Source: Lama guanicoe (lineage: Eukaryota). From it: a DNA stretch of 64,000 nucleotides. The notes below the pieces were generated by a model. It saw only the letters and a program-made list of their open reading frames with translations, made no database searches and was not told where the DNA came from. The position numbers and the translations under genes were made by a program. Below, one piece after another: positions 12,063 through 25,639 of the stretch (position 1 is the stretch's first letter; the number at the start of each line of letters is the position of its first letter). The stretch lies in the NCBI GenBank assembly GCA_013239625.1, contig MU053810.1, positions 4,496,071 through 4,560,070 of the forward strand, in the 5' to 3' direction.

Positions 12063-14109
12063 AAATCAAGAATTTAAAGAGTCATAAAAAATGTATTACA
12101 TAAAGAATTTTATTTTTATTCATGCAGGCATTCAAACCTTAAAAGTATGGTACTTTTCAATCTTCAGTGCGAGACTAAATTTTCAAAGTATGTATCTTTA
12201 TCAGTTATCTGTGACATAGTGGTAACTCAGAAGCCTTTAAATGATTGTTAGGAAAACCGCGCAAAAGAATATATATACAACATCTCTTGTGAAGCAAAAG
12301 CAAAAGGAGATAAAAGAAAAGACACTGAGCAAAAATTAACATAGAGTGAGTCCAGCTAAGAGCAGAATGGATGCAGATTTTAAAATGTGTTTGCAAGCCT
12401 CACATCAGTTCTATCCTGGTACTTCTATGATGAAAGGGGGAGATGCTAATTGACTCGATCTGCGATTCTGGTAAATTCACAAAGAGAAAGCGATGTACCT
12501 TGAGACTGACCCTTTTAAAGGAAGAAATTTAGAAATCTGGGTGTAAGGACCACCAGTACAAAACAGGACATGTAATCAGTATCTTTAACTGAATGCGTAG
12601 GAAGGAGATGATGTATTTTTAAAAGATGCCTTTTTATAGTTCTGAACTGGAAATGGCAGGATCCTGGAGCACAATGGCAGATCAAATACTTCTGGGACCA
12701 TTTCCTACGGTTCTGCTATTTTTAGATGCTTTGTGCTTACTCCTTCCTCAGGTCCTCCTATAGCCTGCCTTTTAGTGTCCTCCAAGTTACTCGGGGCATC
12801 TGCTTTTCTCTCTTTAACCCCACCTCTCACATTACTTTTAATTTATATATCCTGCTTCTCCGTGATTTTTCCAGTCCTGGACAGAGAGTTATTTACAGCT
12901 GCCAAATGGTCACAATGGTTTTGTAAACAGGGAACTTAATTGAGTTAATGATTATCATCTTACTTGGATTTTCCGTGCAGATCAAAGAACACTTTGGAAT
13001 TTGATTAAGTACGAGATTGAACATTTTTGAGGCTCTATTTTGGAGTTGCACAGAGAAGAATGCGAGCGAAGTCTCCCTCCACTTGAACTAGCTCGTGCTC
13101 TCCAAACCTACCTCTGCAGTTCCTGTTTATTTTATCTCTGCCCCGTCTGCAGCAGTTACACAAACAGGTCTTGAATTGTTAGAAAATTGGGATAAAAACT
13201 TTAAACATTGTGGTCAAGGATAACGCCATTCTGCCCTTCCTTGTCTGTTTCACGAGGCTGTTAGGCTTTGCTCATTAACACATCCAAGTGTTGATAATCT
13301 GAGATTAGTTCAGGGTTTAACCTGTAATTAAGCACTGTACACACCTATGCAGGTGGGCCTTTTATGAGTTATTCTGGCCATTAATTATTATAGAAGGATC
13401 ATATTAAACAGAACTTCAAGAAAGCATAGCCAGAAAAATAAGTGTTGACTGAGTAACTAGCATAAAGTTTTCCTTTTTTTTTTTTTGTCTTTGTAAGAAA
13501 TTCAGCATTTACTTTATGAGAGCATCTACTTGTAATAAGAATCAACCACTGTATTTTGTACTTATAATATTTGGTCAGGAAAGATACAGTGATAGAATCA
13601 CACAAAAGTTCCTCCTGCATGTACATTTTTTATTTTTTTTAAGCGCCTCTCAAAGTCTTTTGTATGAATACAGTTTGATACTTGAAGAAAACTCGAGAGT
13701 TGCCCATTGTCATTTTTGGACTAATTTGTATCAGGTTTAGAGAGAAATACTCTCATTTTAGAAATTGTTACTTTAAAAAGAATCCAGTCACTGTTGCAGG
13801 GAGCATCAGCATGTGTATTTAAAGAGGAACAGAGTCTAATTGGACACAATCTGATTATTATCAAGAATTTATTCATTCCCTGGTTGATATATTGAACAAG
13901 GCGAATCAGTAGCCCCAACCTTTGTCTGCTAAACCCTGGTAGGAGGAGTTAGGCTGGGATGATCCCCCTTGCACCTCCCAAATATGGAGAAGGAAAGAAG
14001 TTCACAAAACAGGTATGTGTCAGAGAGAGTTGCTTGGAAAGTATTTGGTGCTTCCTCAGGAATTCGAGGGTTGCTCCTTCTTTTCAACATCACACACTTA
14101 CAAATTTCA

Positions 14110-14240
14110 CTGCACCTAGGAATCACTTAGGGAGCATGCTTTAAAAAAAAAAAAAAGATCTCTGGAGATTCTGATTCCAATAGGAAAAGATTTGGTGAGG
14201 TCCCAGGATCTGTAGTTTAAATGACCCTTTCTCTGTAGTT
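14110..14240. mobile_element. MER5-like hAT-Charlie remnant
   Basis: aatcacttagggagc...ggagattctgattc...cccaggatctgtagtttaaa resembles the MER5 body. Confidence 0.5.
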
Positions 14241-15169
14241 CTGGAATTGTCTGGCTAGGAGCTTCTGCTGGTTGATGGATGTGAGACATCTTGTTCTGTT
14301 CTACCACTGTGTTCACTGCAGAGATCAAACAAACACCCCATTTCCCTTCAAAAGTTTGCTAATATATTTATTTATTTATTTCTGGAATTCACTGCCGATG
14401 GGGTGAGGGTGAAGAGTGGATTGCCTTTCTTTCTCGGAACACATTTTGTTTTGTAGGAAAAGAAAAACTTTTAAAAATGATCTATATTGTCAGTTCTTAG
14501 AGAGCCTCTCTTAACCTTGAAAGCACCACTTTGGGATTTCTTGGAAGGGTCCAGTTAATATATCAGAGTTTTAGAGAGTAAGTTGTCCAACAGATGTGCT
14601 GTATCTTAACAGTGGGAAAATAGTCCTAATATCAGAGATGTATGTTGAACGAAATCTTTTCATCATCTAAAAAATGAACTTTCTACTCTGTAACTGGATT
14701 TACTTTTCAATGACATTTTAGAAAACACAAAATAAAAGCTATTAAACTTAATATATGTGTTACCAAAGTGCTGTTTAAAAAAAAAAACTTAAGGTTAAAA
14801 TATTGTCTTAAGTATAGTCACTTTTGAGCATATAAGTCCAGAAGAGCTAGAAAGTTTTTTTTTTCCAGCTTCCTAAAAATAAGTTTACTTTGAATAAAAA
14901 CCATATATGGAATATTTATCCCTCAAGGAGACTTTTTTCTTTCTTGGTTTTAAATTACTAAAACTATTTTGCATTCTTAACTACAGCATTCATTCCTATG
15001 AATAGACTCAAGGGTTTTTTTTGCACATATTTGAACTGAGTAGTATGGAACACTTACGTCGTATTATGTGGAAGAATTGCTACTTCTGATGCTAATCTTT
15101 TACAAGTAGAGACATCATTTTCTAAAGCTGAAAAGGAAAAAAAAACAGTATTTTTCATATATATAAATA

Positions 15170-15262
15170 TAATGAAGTATAGTCAGTTTACAGTTTTGTG
15201 TCGATTTCTGGTATACAGCATAATAGTTTTGTCATACATATACATACGTATATTCATTTAAA
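15170..15262 (-). mobile_element. Very short L1 3' terminal fragment
   Basis: tgaagtatagtcagtttaca...tttctggtatacagcataatag...catacatatacatac is the reverse complement of an L1 3' terminus of the same kind as 11399-12062 and 28578-29108. Confidence 0.65.
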
Positions 15263-17189
15263 AGATGTATGCTATTTTTTATCTGAATATATGTTTTCAT
15301 TTCTAAAAGATACTTATTCCTGACCCTCAGATCTGAATCTCTTGTGTGTGTCTTAAAATAATAGGAAAACGTCAGTGAGTTTTTGTTGTTGACACGGATA
15401 ACCTCATTCTGTGCAAAAGTGAGAATCTTTAGCTTTTGCAAACACTCTGCTTAGTGCTTGGCATGAGTTTCCCCATGGCATTGTAGTTAAAGCCTCCTGG
15501 ATTTTACAGATGCCCAGTGGGAATGATTTGATGGAATTGACAGCAAATTTTTCCTCAAGAACAGGTCTTTTGTTTTGGGGGGGTTTTTTCCATGTAAGAA
15601 AACAGAGACAGCTTGTTTATAAACAGATATTGGATTTCATGTGTGTGACTTTGAAATGTCTGGAGGTAAGAAAAAAAATAGTAAGAGACATTTTCTTTTT
15701 CAGTAAAATAGCAAGATAGTCTGTATTTTTCTAAAGCATTTATAAGCATTTTTTAGAAGGCAGGAAGACCTTGTTCACCAGTGTGTCCCTATTTAAGAAG
15801 AGAGCCAACACTGAGGATTTGTTTAAGAGGATGGTCAAGTCTTGCTTTCGTATCTCCAGGGACAGGTCTGATTCTAGGTCCACGGGGGAGTGTGGGCCAG
15901 ACCAGGGAAGATCTGAGGGGACAGAAGGGCTTGTTCAGAAGCAATTCTGGGGGATCCACTGATTTCCAGGTCTACCTTCCTTCCCTCCCTCTACTCTTTA
16001 TTGCATTCTCTCAGTTGTTTGGGTGGAGTTCAGCTATCAGGTCTCTCTCACTTGCCAGGAACATAAATCAACATAAATTGGCCTGGAGGTGGTCCGAGCT
16101 AAGGATAATAATAATGCATTGATTATGTAACAAAATTACTAAGAGCAGAGCAGCATCAGGCATGGCTGCCTCCAGGATCTTGGTCATCAGGAACCTCTTC
16201 CCCTTCCTCCTTCCCTAGACTCTTTATGCTTTTCCGGTGGCTTATTCTCAGTAAGTGGATGATCTCATAGAGCTGACATCTTTAAAAAGGGTGCTATTTT
16301 CCCATGAAGATTTCAATAATTGAAACTGAAGAGTGTTACCCCTGCCGGGAGACGCAGAGGCAAGACTGGCCTGGTTGGCAGCCTTGAGAATTCTGGATTC
16401 CAGCTCACACCTGAAATGGGCAAGCATGTTACCCAAAGGGGCCCGGAGTAAGATGAACCAGGAAGGTGAGGCTCAGAAGGATGGGGAAGCTGAGAGCAGG
16501 CCTCCAGTTCTGGAGACTAAACCAAAGATGCAGATGCCTGATGTCCCTGAAGCTGAGGAAGGAGAGGGGCACCATTGAGGCAATTGCTAGAACTAAGTTC
16601 TAGAGAAGCACCACAGGTCTTTATCTGTTGTTTGTAAGAGCTTTGTAAAGGCAGGCATCACATGCTTTGCAATTCCGCGGTAGTTTGAGCTGCTCAGATC
16701 AAACTTTGCATATTTCACCTCATTGAATAAAAACCTCATGTTAAGGATAAGGAGACTGAAGCTTTAAGAGACTAAAAAAGTCACTTGCCCAATGTCACTC
16801 GCCCCAGGTGGGGCTAGAATTTGGCTAGAGGAGGGGTTTTCCTGGAGTTCATTTATTCAGCATCTAACATGTGCCAGGCATGCTTCGGGGTTCCACGATG
16901 CAAGCTGGAAGGGGGACATCCCATCAATACAGTGCTGTGACACGTCTAACAGAGGGACGGACACAGTGCCGTAGGGAGTCGTGGTGTCTGGGTGTGAGAG
17001 CTTTGTGAGGACGTAAAAGCTCTCTGGAGAGAGAATGCTCTCTCATCTTGGGAAAGAACACATCTGCCTTCCTCTCTGCTTAACTTCCTCCCTACATTTT
17101 GCCGAGTGTCACACTGAGAGTCCTTTGTGAGATGCACTTTGTGTGCCTTAACAGTAGACTTAAAATGCTACCTGGACCCGTGGGAAGGA

Positions 17190-17340
17190 TTTAATCCTGT
17201 CCCCTCACTTCACAAGCTAGGGAACTGGGGGCCAGAGGGGGATGGGTGGATTACCTTAGGTCGCACAACGGGTTAGTGGTGGTGCCAAGACTTGAATCTC
17301 ATCTAGTTCCAAATCCGGTGTTTTGTTCCCTACTAACCCC
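17190..17340 (-). mobile_element. MIR SINE fragment
   Basis: gggaactgggggccagagggg...ttaccttaggtcgcacaacgggttagtggtggtgccaagacttgaatc matches the MIR reverse complement. Confidence 0.6.
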
Positions 17341-19224
17341 AAACATGTCAATTTTCAAATAAAAGTCCCTTGCTGCTTACCAAAGTAGTCAAGTTCTATG
17401 ACATTTTAGGTTAGCATAGCTTTCCAACTGCCTTTCTCTCCCCTTCTCGTCCTCATTCTCCTTAGCTCGCACTGTCTCCAGAACGCTCTGGTTCTTGGAG
17501 ATGGATAATAAACTCACTCTCTGTCTCTCGCTCTTTCAGCATTTAGTATATCGTGCCACGAGGGTGGGATTTTCTTCTGATGTGGTTTTTGTGTGTTTTA
17601 AACTCCAGCTCAACTGGTGGGCCTTTGCTGGAAATGCCCAGATTGCAAATGGTAGCGAGGCGCTGTAAACATAAAATGTGATTATTGTGATAAATACCCA
17701 CAGAGAGACAGAGAGCACCCGTGTCTGCCCCCAATGCCTTTCCTTCTCATTTGTAAGCTAAGTACTTAGCCTTTTAAAAATGCTTCAGTATGAATCAGTA
17801 TGGAAAAGATTTGCCGTATGTGTCAAAACTGAAAGCTAATGAACTACCCAAAAAAACCTTATTTTGCCAAATAACGTTTTCTCTCCCTTTGTGCATGAAG
17901 GACACAGAAAAAAGCAGTGGCTTTAAGTGTAATGATGGTCTTTACAAAGGGGAGATTATGTTACTTCTGTGAGACTTCAAAATCCCCCTCTCCATCCAGT
18001 AAATCTCCTTTTGGACTAAATAAGGCAGAATATATTATGCCTTTTTCATCTAGTGTCTAACACTTAAAAAAAAAAAGAAAAAAAAAACTTTACTACCCTG
18101 TACTTCCTATTACCTTAAAAAAAAAAAGACAAATTCTTGTTTGTCAAGAAAGATTGCTTTGCTTTATTTTTAAAGCACTACCAAATCTTTCAGCAAGACA
18201 GGAAGACTCTAAGTTTAGATTTTTTTTTTCCTACTCACTAAAAACAATCTGTTCCTAGAAATTGTGGAATGCTCTCTAAATTCTTTATTAATGAATAAAT
18301 AAGTCTTAAATGACCAGAATAGAAAAGGAAAGAAATTCATGCATTCTGGAGTTCAGAATAAACCTAAGAACAGTTCTGTTTGGGAAAAAAAAAAGATTCT
18401 TAAGTGTCAACGAGGCTGACTTACTCAGAAGGGTGCCCTGCAGGGTGCGAATCCACTGTTCCTGGGATTTAGGGCCTGTTGTCGCCTTCATGAACTGTTA
18501 CCCTGGAGTCCGCTGGCCTGTCACAGGCGCTTTACCCTTTCCGCCATGAAGTCTGGCTGCAGGGCTGTCTGGTTCTCTCCGGGGTTGATTGACTGCAGCT
18601 GGTCTTGGAAGCAAACGTTCCTTCATCTAACACGAAAGACTGCAAATTCCTGCACCCCAGGATTCACCACCAGCTGAAACAGCAGCCTGGAAAGGGTTAG
18701 TTTGTGTTTTTGAGGGTGAGAGCACCGCTTGTGGTTACGTCTGCTGGAGTCGTGTTCTGTGTTTTCTAGAGAATTTTCACTTTAATCGTTGGCGGTAATA
18801 AAAACATATACTGTGGTTACGAGCTATTAGACTTCTTTCAGGAGCAACTTAGAGCTTTAAACATTTTATCTAACTCATGTTTATTTCACCTTGGTTTTAG
18901 GAATAAACCTAAATAGCATAAATAAAAAAAGTAACATAAATAAACACACACACCTAATTTATAGAGATGGGGAAACTGTCAGTAAGGTTTTAGGGGTCTG
19001 TTACAGCGTAATCAGGACTGGAAGTTGAATGAATTCTACTGACCTATATAGTGTTGTCCATCTTCTGTCCTCTTTGCTAGATCCCTGCCTTTTCACTGAA
19101 TGTGTTATTATCTGATTACAGTAATGGAAGGATTCAGGCTTTGGAAATAAAGGGCTTTCTATACTGTGATAAGAGAACCACAGAAACTAGCATATAAAAC
19201 ATTCCCTTGAGAGGCAGTTGTTCT

Positions 19225-21610
19225 AAATAACATTATCGAGGTAGAAATGACCTACAGAACTAGACACATTTAAATTGTACTCTCCTGGAGGGCATAATAG
19301 AATATTCAACTCTTTCTACAGTCAAATTCATCGATCTTTTTCTTGGTGATTTTTTTCTCCCACTTTGAAATTCAGGAAGTCTTTCTCAACTGGAGTTTAT
19401 TAAAGACTTATTTCGTCTTCAAAAAAATAATAAATTGTGCTATTTGATAAGCCCTGTCATATGTATATTACCAGGAAGCCATCGCCACAATCAAGATAAA
19501 GGCATGCCCGTCACCCCCGAAGTTTTCTGGTTCCCATTTTTAATGCCTCTCTCTATCCCACCTCATCACCAGGCAACTACTAGTCTATGTTCTGTCACTG
19601 TAAATTGGTTGGCATTTTCTAGAAGGAATGGAATCACACTTACTCCATTTTTGACCCAGCATCATTGTTTTGAGATTCATCTCTGTCGTTGCATTGAACA
19701 GTAGTTTGATTTTATTGCTGAGTTGCAGTCCATTGTTTGGCTATATCGCAGTCTGTTCATCTCTTTCGCTTTTGACACACATTTGTGTTGTTTCCTGTTT
19801 GAGGCTATTACATGTAAAACTGATCTGGACCTTCGTGTAAAGTCTTTGTACGGGTGTCTGCTTTCTGTATTAACCACGTGTTGTTGATGTTATGACATCT
19901 GGTGACCCTGGGGAGGCTGCCTCTCCGGTCAAGTGGACATTTCAGGTGCAAACTTACCAGTCCAGAGCACCTCCTCCCCAGCACCTCTTTTTTGGTGCTC
20001 TTACACTCTGGGCCACAATCCACCTGCCCCGATTACCCCCTGGCCAGGTATCAGACAACGAGGAGCAATCTCCACACCTTGGAGACTGCTGACATCCTTC
20101 AAACTCGCCAACCCTAATCCTGCCCGGCCTGCTCACCCTGACTCGCTCATTCCTTCTCTCAAAGATCATGATAAAAGCTCTTGCCTGCATCTTCCCCTCA
20201 GTGCTTTTGCCTCCTGATTAACCCCTGCCTGGTGTGCCATGCCTCCTGTTCCTAGGGAATTGTAAGTCAAACATCTTCCTTCTTGACCATCATTTCTGTG
20301 TCTGTGTATCTCAACAGACTTGATGAAAACAAATCCCAGGTACATTTTTAGAACACTTCATTGCTCTTGAGTAAATCCTAGGAGTGGAATGGCTGGATCA
20401 CATGGTAGGTGTCTGTTCACATTTTTAAGAAACTATTGAACTGTTTTCCAAATTGTACCATTTTAAATTCTCAACAGCAATGTATGAGCATTCCAGTCGC
20501 TCCACTTTCTCACCAACCCTGGGTGTGATCAGTCTTTTAAGTGTAACCATTCTAAACGCCATGCATCTCATTGTGGTTTTAATTTGTATACCCTTAATGA
20601 TCAATTATGTTGAATATTTTTGTGTACAAATTTACCACCCTTATCTCTCCTTTGGAGGTGTATCTGTTCAAATCCTTTGTTCACTTACTTATTTATTTAT
20701 TTTCTTACAGTTGAATTTTGAGAGCTCTTTAAATATTCCAACTACAAATGTTTTCAGATCTAGGATTTGTAAGGATCTTCCTCCAGTCCCTGACTTATCT
20801 TTTTGTTCTGTTAACAGTGTCTTTTAAAGAGCAGAAGTTTTAAATTTTGATGAGTCCATTTTGTCAATTTATTCTTTTACGGATTTTAGTTTTGGTGTCA
20901 AATCTAAAGAATCTTTGCCTCTGAAAATTCCAAAGAATTTTCTCCTCTGTTTTCTTCTAGAGGTTTTATAGTTTTAGGTTTCACAGGCAGGTCTATGATT
21001 TATGTAGTACTACTCTTTTTATCTGATGCAGGATACCAACTAAAGTGTGTTTGCTTTTTTTGCACATAGATATCCAGTTGTTCCAGCACCATTTGTTGAA
21101 AAGTCTGTTCTTTCCCACAGAAGTGCATTTGTATCTTTTTCAAAAATCGGTTGTCCAGGTCCATGTAGGTCTATTTCTGGATTCTCTCTTCTGAGACCTC
21201 TACTAAGTCCACATTGTCTTGACTACTATAGCTTTACAGAAAGTCATGAAATCAGATAGTGTTAGTCTTCCAATTTTGTTATTCTTTTTCAAAGTTGTTT
21301 GGACCATTCTAGGTCTTCTCCGTTGGATATACAGTTAGAATCATCTTGTCAACTTCCACACAGAAACCTTCTCAGATGTCGACCAGAATAAATCAATTTG
21401 GGGAAAACTGACATCTTAACAATATCAAATCTTCCAACCCACAAACACAGTATATATCTCTCCACTAATGTAGGTCTTCTTTAGCCTTTCAAGCAATATT
21501 TTGTTGTTCTCAGTGTACGTGTATTGCACATATTTTGTGAAATTTATCCCTAGGTAGTTTGCATTTTTGATGCTATGTGAATGGTCTTCTTTTCTTAACT
21601 TCAACTTCCA
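19225..21610 (-). mobile_element. Old LINE-1 (L1MB/MC-type) ORF2 and 3' UTR, interrupted by an LTR at about 19863-20355
   Basis: Antisense L1 hallmarks: ctaggagtggaatggctggatcacatggtag, gatatccagttgttccagcaccatttgttgaaa, aatcaatttggggaaaactgacatcttaacaatat. Confidence 0.85.
19863..20355 (+). mobile_element. ERVL-class solo LTR, MER74-like, nested in L1
   Basis: ttctgtattaacc...gacatctggtgaccctggggaggctgcc...ccaggtatcagacaac...ataaaagctcttgcc...tacatttttagaaca matches the recalled MER74 layout. The L1 sequence is continuous across it. Confidence 0.7.
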
Positions 21611-22626
21611 GTTGGGAAAAACCTTTTTACATCAAACCTGAATGCTCTGTTTCTATAGTGAAAAGTTAAACAACAGTTTCACTGTTGTATTTTGGTCCTT
21701 ACCTCCTCTCTGAAGAAGTTCTACAAATGGATTTACCTCTCCTCTTTTCAAACAAAGTGCCAAGAATCCTATATTGAGGCTGAAAATATAACCCTATGGC
21801 CTGGAAAGAGCTAACTGTGCTGTCTTCTTTTGCAAAAGCAGCTCATCAAACTGAGTATATTAAAGACACAAATTTCTAGGGATTGGAAGAATTCTGTCAA
21901 GAGTGTGTAACAGGGAAAAATTACTGTTGCTGTGAGAAGTTCAACTTTTGCACTTCCTGGCTTGATGATGGCTAAAATCGAAATACCAACATGGTAGTCC
22001 CCAAGTGCTTGAATTTAACAGCATTAATTACCAGGCCCCCACAAGGCTATAAATTCTGATTTTAAAATTCAACTGTTTCATTTGTAATTCCTCAGAGTGC
22101 CTAACTTTTAATTCCTTACCTGTAAACTTTTCAAAAAGCAAACAACCTCACCTCTGACATCTTTAGAACACATGAGTGAGTGACTCTATCTCCCCAAAGA
22201 AACAGTTGTCCTCACAAGCTCTCTCTTGGTCTAGATTTGGCTGGATCTCTTCCATAAAACTTTTATTCTCTCAGATCTGAGGAAATGTGTTCTGTTAAAT
22301 CGCTTGAGCATAAAATATTAAGAACAGAGAACAGGTTAACACTTCTAGGAGTATTTGCATTTCAAAAGACCGTGCCGGTAATGTTTATTGGTAACATTTA
22401 TTGTAATAGTGGATTTCAGGCATTGTGGGAATGAAGATTATAGAAGGACAAGAAAGATTCCACTATCCCCTCAGTCTCATTGTTAGTCATACCTTTCGGT
22501 AGTTCTGATCCAACCTTCACCTCTGACTATGTGAAGATTGGGCTCCAAGTCTTGAAAGGCGTTACTGATGCACCTAAGACTTTTCAATCCCTAAATCCCC
22601 AACTATGTAACAGTGGGTCACGGATC

Positions 22627-22710
22627 TTCCTTCCTTCCCTCCCTCCCATCTTCCTTCCCTCTTCATTTCTTCCTTCCTTCCTACTTTCCTTCCTTCCTTC
22701 TTTCCTTTTT
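22627..22710. repeat. (CTTC)n pyrimidine-rich simple repeat
   Basis: cttccttccttccctccctcccatcttccttccc...ttccttccttctttccttttt. Confidence 0.85.
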
Positions 22711-23024
22711 CCCCTCAGAGGAAAGTTGAGAGGATAACACACACTATGCAAAGTCACCCTAAAGAAAGTTCATAGCTGAGTTGAGTTGCCTTTATTATCA
22801 TTATCCAACTCCTTCTTTACCATGCCAGCCCTTCAGGCACTGGCACTACTTGGTGACTTTTATTAAGTCCCCACTGTTCAAAGTCTCAAGTGCCCTTCAA
22901 TTCAGAGAATTAATGTGGGGAGCCAGGAAGGTCACCCACAGAGATAAGGGAAATGTTGACTCAAGCTCAGCTCTACTCATGCATGAAGACTAATGGTGAG
23001 GAGGAGATGGGTAAGAAATGATAC

Positions 23025-23540
23025 TGAGACAGGAGGGAAGGGGCAGGGCACAGCCATTAAAAGAGTGACAGCAGTTAGCACCAAAGTGGTGGAACATTCA
23101 ACTCCCAGGAGACTTTGAGCTTCAATATATGCTCATTAAAATACAATAGCATGCTAAATGGTACTCCCACAGTGCCAGGACACTTTTAAGGCTGACCATA
23201 AAAGGCCAAGGGGTGATGGCCCCAATTCCTGGGAATCCCAGCCCCTTCCCCAAAGTAGTTGGAATAATCCTCCCACTTGTTAGCATATGAAGTTACCGAG
23301 CCCATAAAACCTAACGGTCCCCACACCTCATGGCCAATTTACCTTCTGAATGAGATGGACCACACTCTGTCTATGGAGTGTGTATCTCTCTGAGTAAATC
23401 TACCTTCACTCAACTGTGGCTCACTCTTGAATTCTTTCCTGTGCAAAGCCAAGGACCCACACTTGGTGGATCGCATCCCAGGGACCCAACCCAGACCTAG
23501 GACATGGCCATCCTCTTGCCCCACTTTTTTCCCTGTATCA
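23025..23540 (+). mobile_element. Solo ERV1 LTR, MER41-like
   Basis: TGAGAC...GTATCA termini with a perfect 4-bp TSD atac (23021-23024, 23541-23544). Internal gaataatcctcccacttgttagcatat and ctcttgaattctttcctgtgcaaagccaagga resemble MER41-family LTRs. Confidence 0.85.
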
Positions 23541-24228
23541 ATACTAATTAGATAACATCTCTTTAGAAAAACTTTATAAATCTAGTGTGCTCACACTGAT
23601 CTCTGAAGAAGAAACAAGACATAGTCTAGGAGATAAACGAGGGTAGGATGACTCAGGTGCCAAGGGATGCCTTTAAGGCACAAGACATACCAGCATAAGT
23701 ATATCCCATGTCCTGCATGGCACATTTTTTAGTGTCCACATGCCTGGAACTGGTTAAGAAAATATGCAATTTGAGCTCACTGACATCTTCAAAAATCTTT
23801 TCCACCATATCCAGGGCAGGGAAAGAGCAGCCTCCGGAAATTTCCAGTTCTCTGAAAGCATGAAAATAGCAGCAAGAGACTGTGCATGCTTAAAGGAAGT
23901 CTGCCTAAAGCCATGCTTTGTATCCACTCTTTGTGAACATCAAACTCTTGCCAGGATCTTTGTTCCAGGTTTTCCAATGGAGGTTGAGCACAGGCTGACA
24001 CCTGCCATGAGTTATCCTGAAGGGGGTGTTGTTGGCATTTGGCAAGGCCACCTTCTCTCCTCTGTATCCCTAATGGCAGAGATTGAGCAGAGGCAGGTCC
24101 CTGAGCAGAGCAAGTGTCTGTGTGTCTCTCTCCTGTGTGAGAAGGGATGAGAAGATGGTGTTACCCCTGAGTAATACAACCCATCACATGGTCCTGAGGA
24201 TGATTTAGAAGAATCAAAGCCCTGCACC

Positions 24229-24734
24229 TGTATCAGTTATTTACACTGCACAAAATGTGACCCCCTCAAAATATCAGCCTAAATGATAAATGTGTATTAT
24301 CTCACAGCTTCTGTGTATTAGGAATCTGGGTGCAGTTTAGCTGGGTGATTCGGGCTCAGGGTTTCCTGTGAGGTTGCATTCAAGCTATTGGCTGGGGCTG
24401 TAGACACATGCGCTGGAAGATCTGCTTCCAGGCTCATTCATGTGTTGCTGGCTGTTGGTTGAGTATCTCACTTCCTCACCACATGGGCTTTTCCATAGGC
24501 TGTCTGATCATCCTCACACCATGGCAGCTGCTTTCCTTAAAGTAAGTGATCCTACAAAGAGAAAGCAAGATGATGGCCACAGCCTTTTATAATCTAATCT
24601 TGAAAGCGACAGCCATCACTTCCGCCATATTTTGTTGGTCATATAGACCAACCTTGGTATAATAGAGGAGAGGACTATATGAGGGTGTGAATATTAGTAG
24701 GATCACTGGGGGCCATCTGGAAGGCTGCCTCCAC
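24229..24734 (-). mobile_element. MaLR LTR (older MLT1 subfamily)
   Basis: tgtatcagttat...tattatctcacagcttctgtgtattaggaatctggg...ggggccatctggaaggctgcctccaca is the reverse complement of an MLT1 LTR. Confidence 0.8.
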
Positions 24735-24829
24735 AACACCTATAATCTAACTGTGCTAAGAACACAGTTGCCCTGGTCTTTGATATAATGTATATCAGGT
24801 AACATGTCTTAGCTTAGAGGCCCTGCAAT

Positions 24830-24975
24830 GTAGAGGCAAAACCAGTGGACGGGAGTAAATAGGTCTGGATTCAAGGTAACACTGACAATGATGAGTGCTG
24901 TATGAATTTGGAATGCTGCTTAACCTTTCTGGATATCTGTTATCCCATCTGACATCTCAGGGCTGTTGTTAATAA
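24830..24975 (+). mobile_element. MIR fragment
   Basis: ggtctggattcaa...gctgtatgaatttggaatgctgcttaacctttctgg...ctgttatcccatctg. Confidence 0.5.
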
Positions 24976-25639
24976 TCACAAAGATAGCTTTCAGCTCTAA
25001 AATTCCATGCCACTAAGGAATATGCCATCTGGGGCATGAATGTTATGAAGGTGGTTTTAATAAAATGGGCAAGTCCATGAGGTTCTTTTATTTCAAAGTC
25101 ACAAACTGACTAGGGAAATGGTGCCCTAGAGCTTTCTTGGACCTTGTTTCTTTTTCATTCTTTATTCATATTTTAGTCTAGTAAGTAAGACTCACAATAG
25201 CACATTTTTATTTGTATAACGTTTTAAGGTGTAACATACAAGTTTTAATATGCAAGTGAATTCATCCATAAACCCCATTAGGAAGGGACTGGGCACAGGA
25301 AACCTCTGAGTTCTATTTTTCCATTTCCTGGTGACTGATGTTGACATGGGTAGCACTTTGGCCAGAGCTGCTGATAATGATGCTCCCTGGCACATGACCC
25401 AAATAAATGGATGGAAATGCTCATTAATATCTAAAATCTCTAAGTCTAAAGAGACAGCCGTGGTGGCCTAGCACACACATGGCGGACTAGGAACAGAGTC
25501 AACAGTGGAGTTCTTTATCTCATGTACTGGCCTGGAGCAAGCGCAGGACAGGGAGAAGCATCTTGGGAGGTTTAACTCTAAGATGAGAATGGGAAAACCA
25601 CCACTTGTTACCTTAAATTCTTTCCTTTAACATGCCAGA

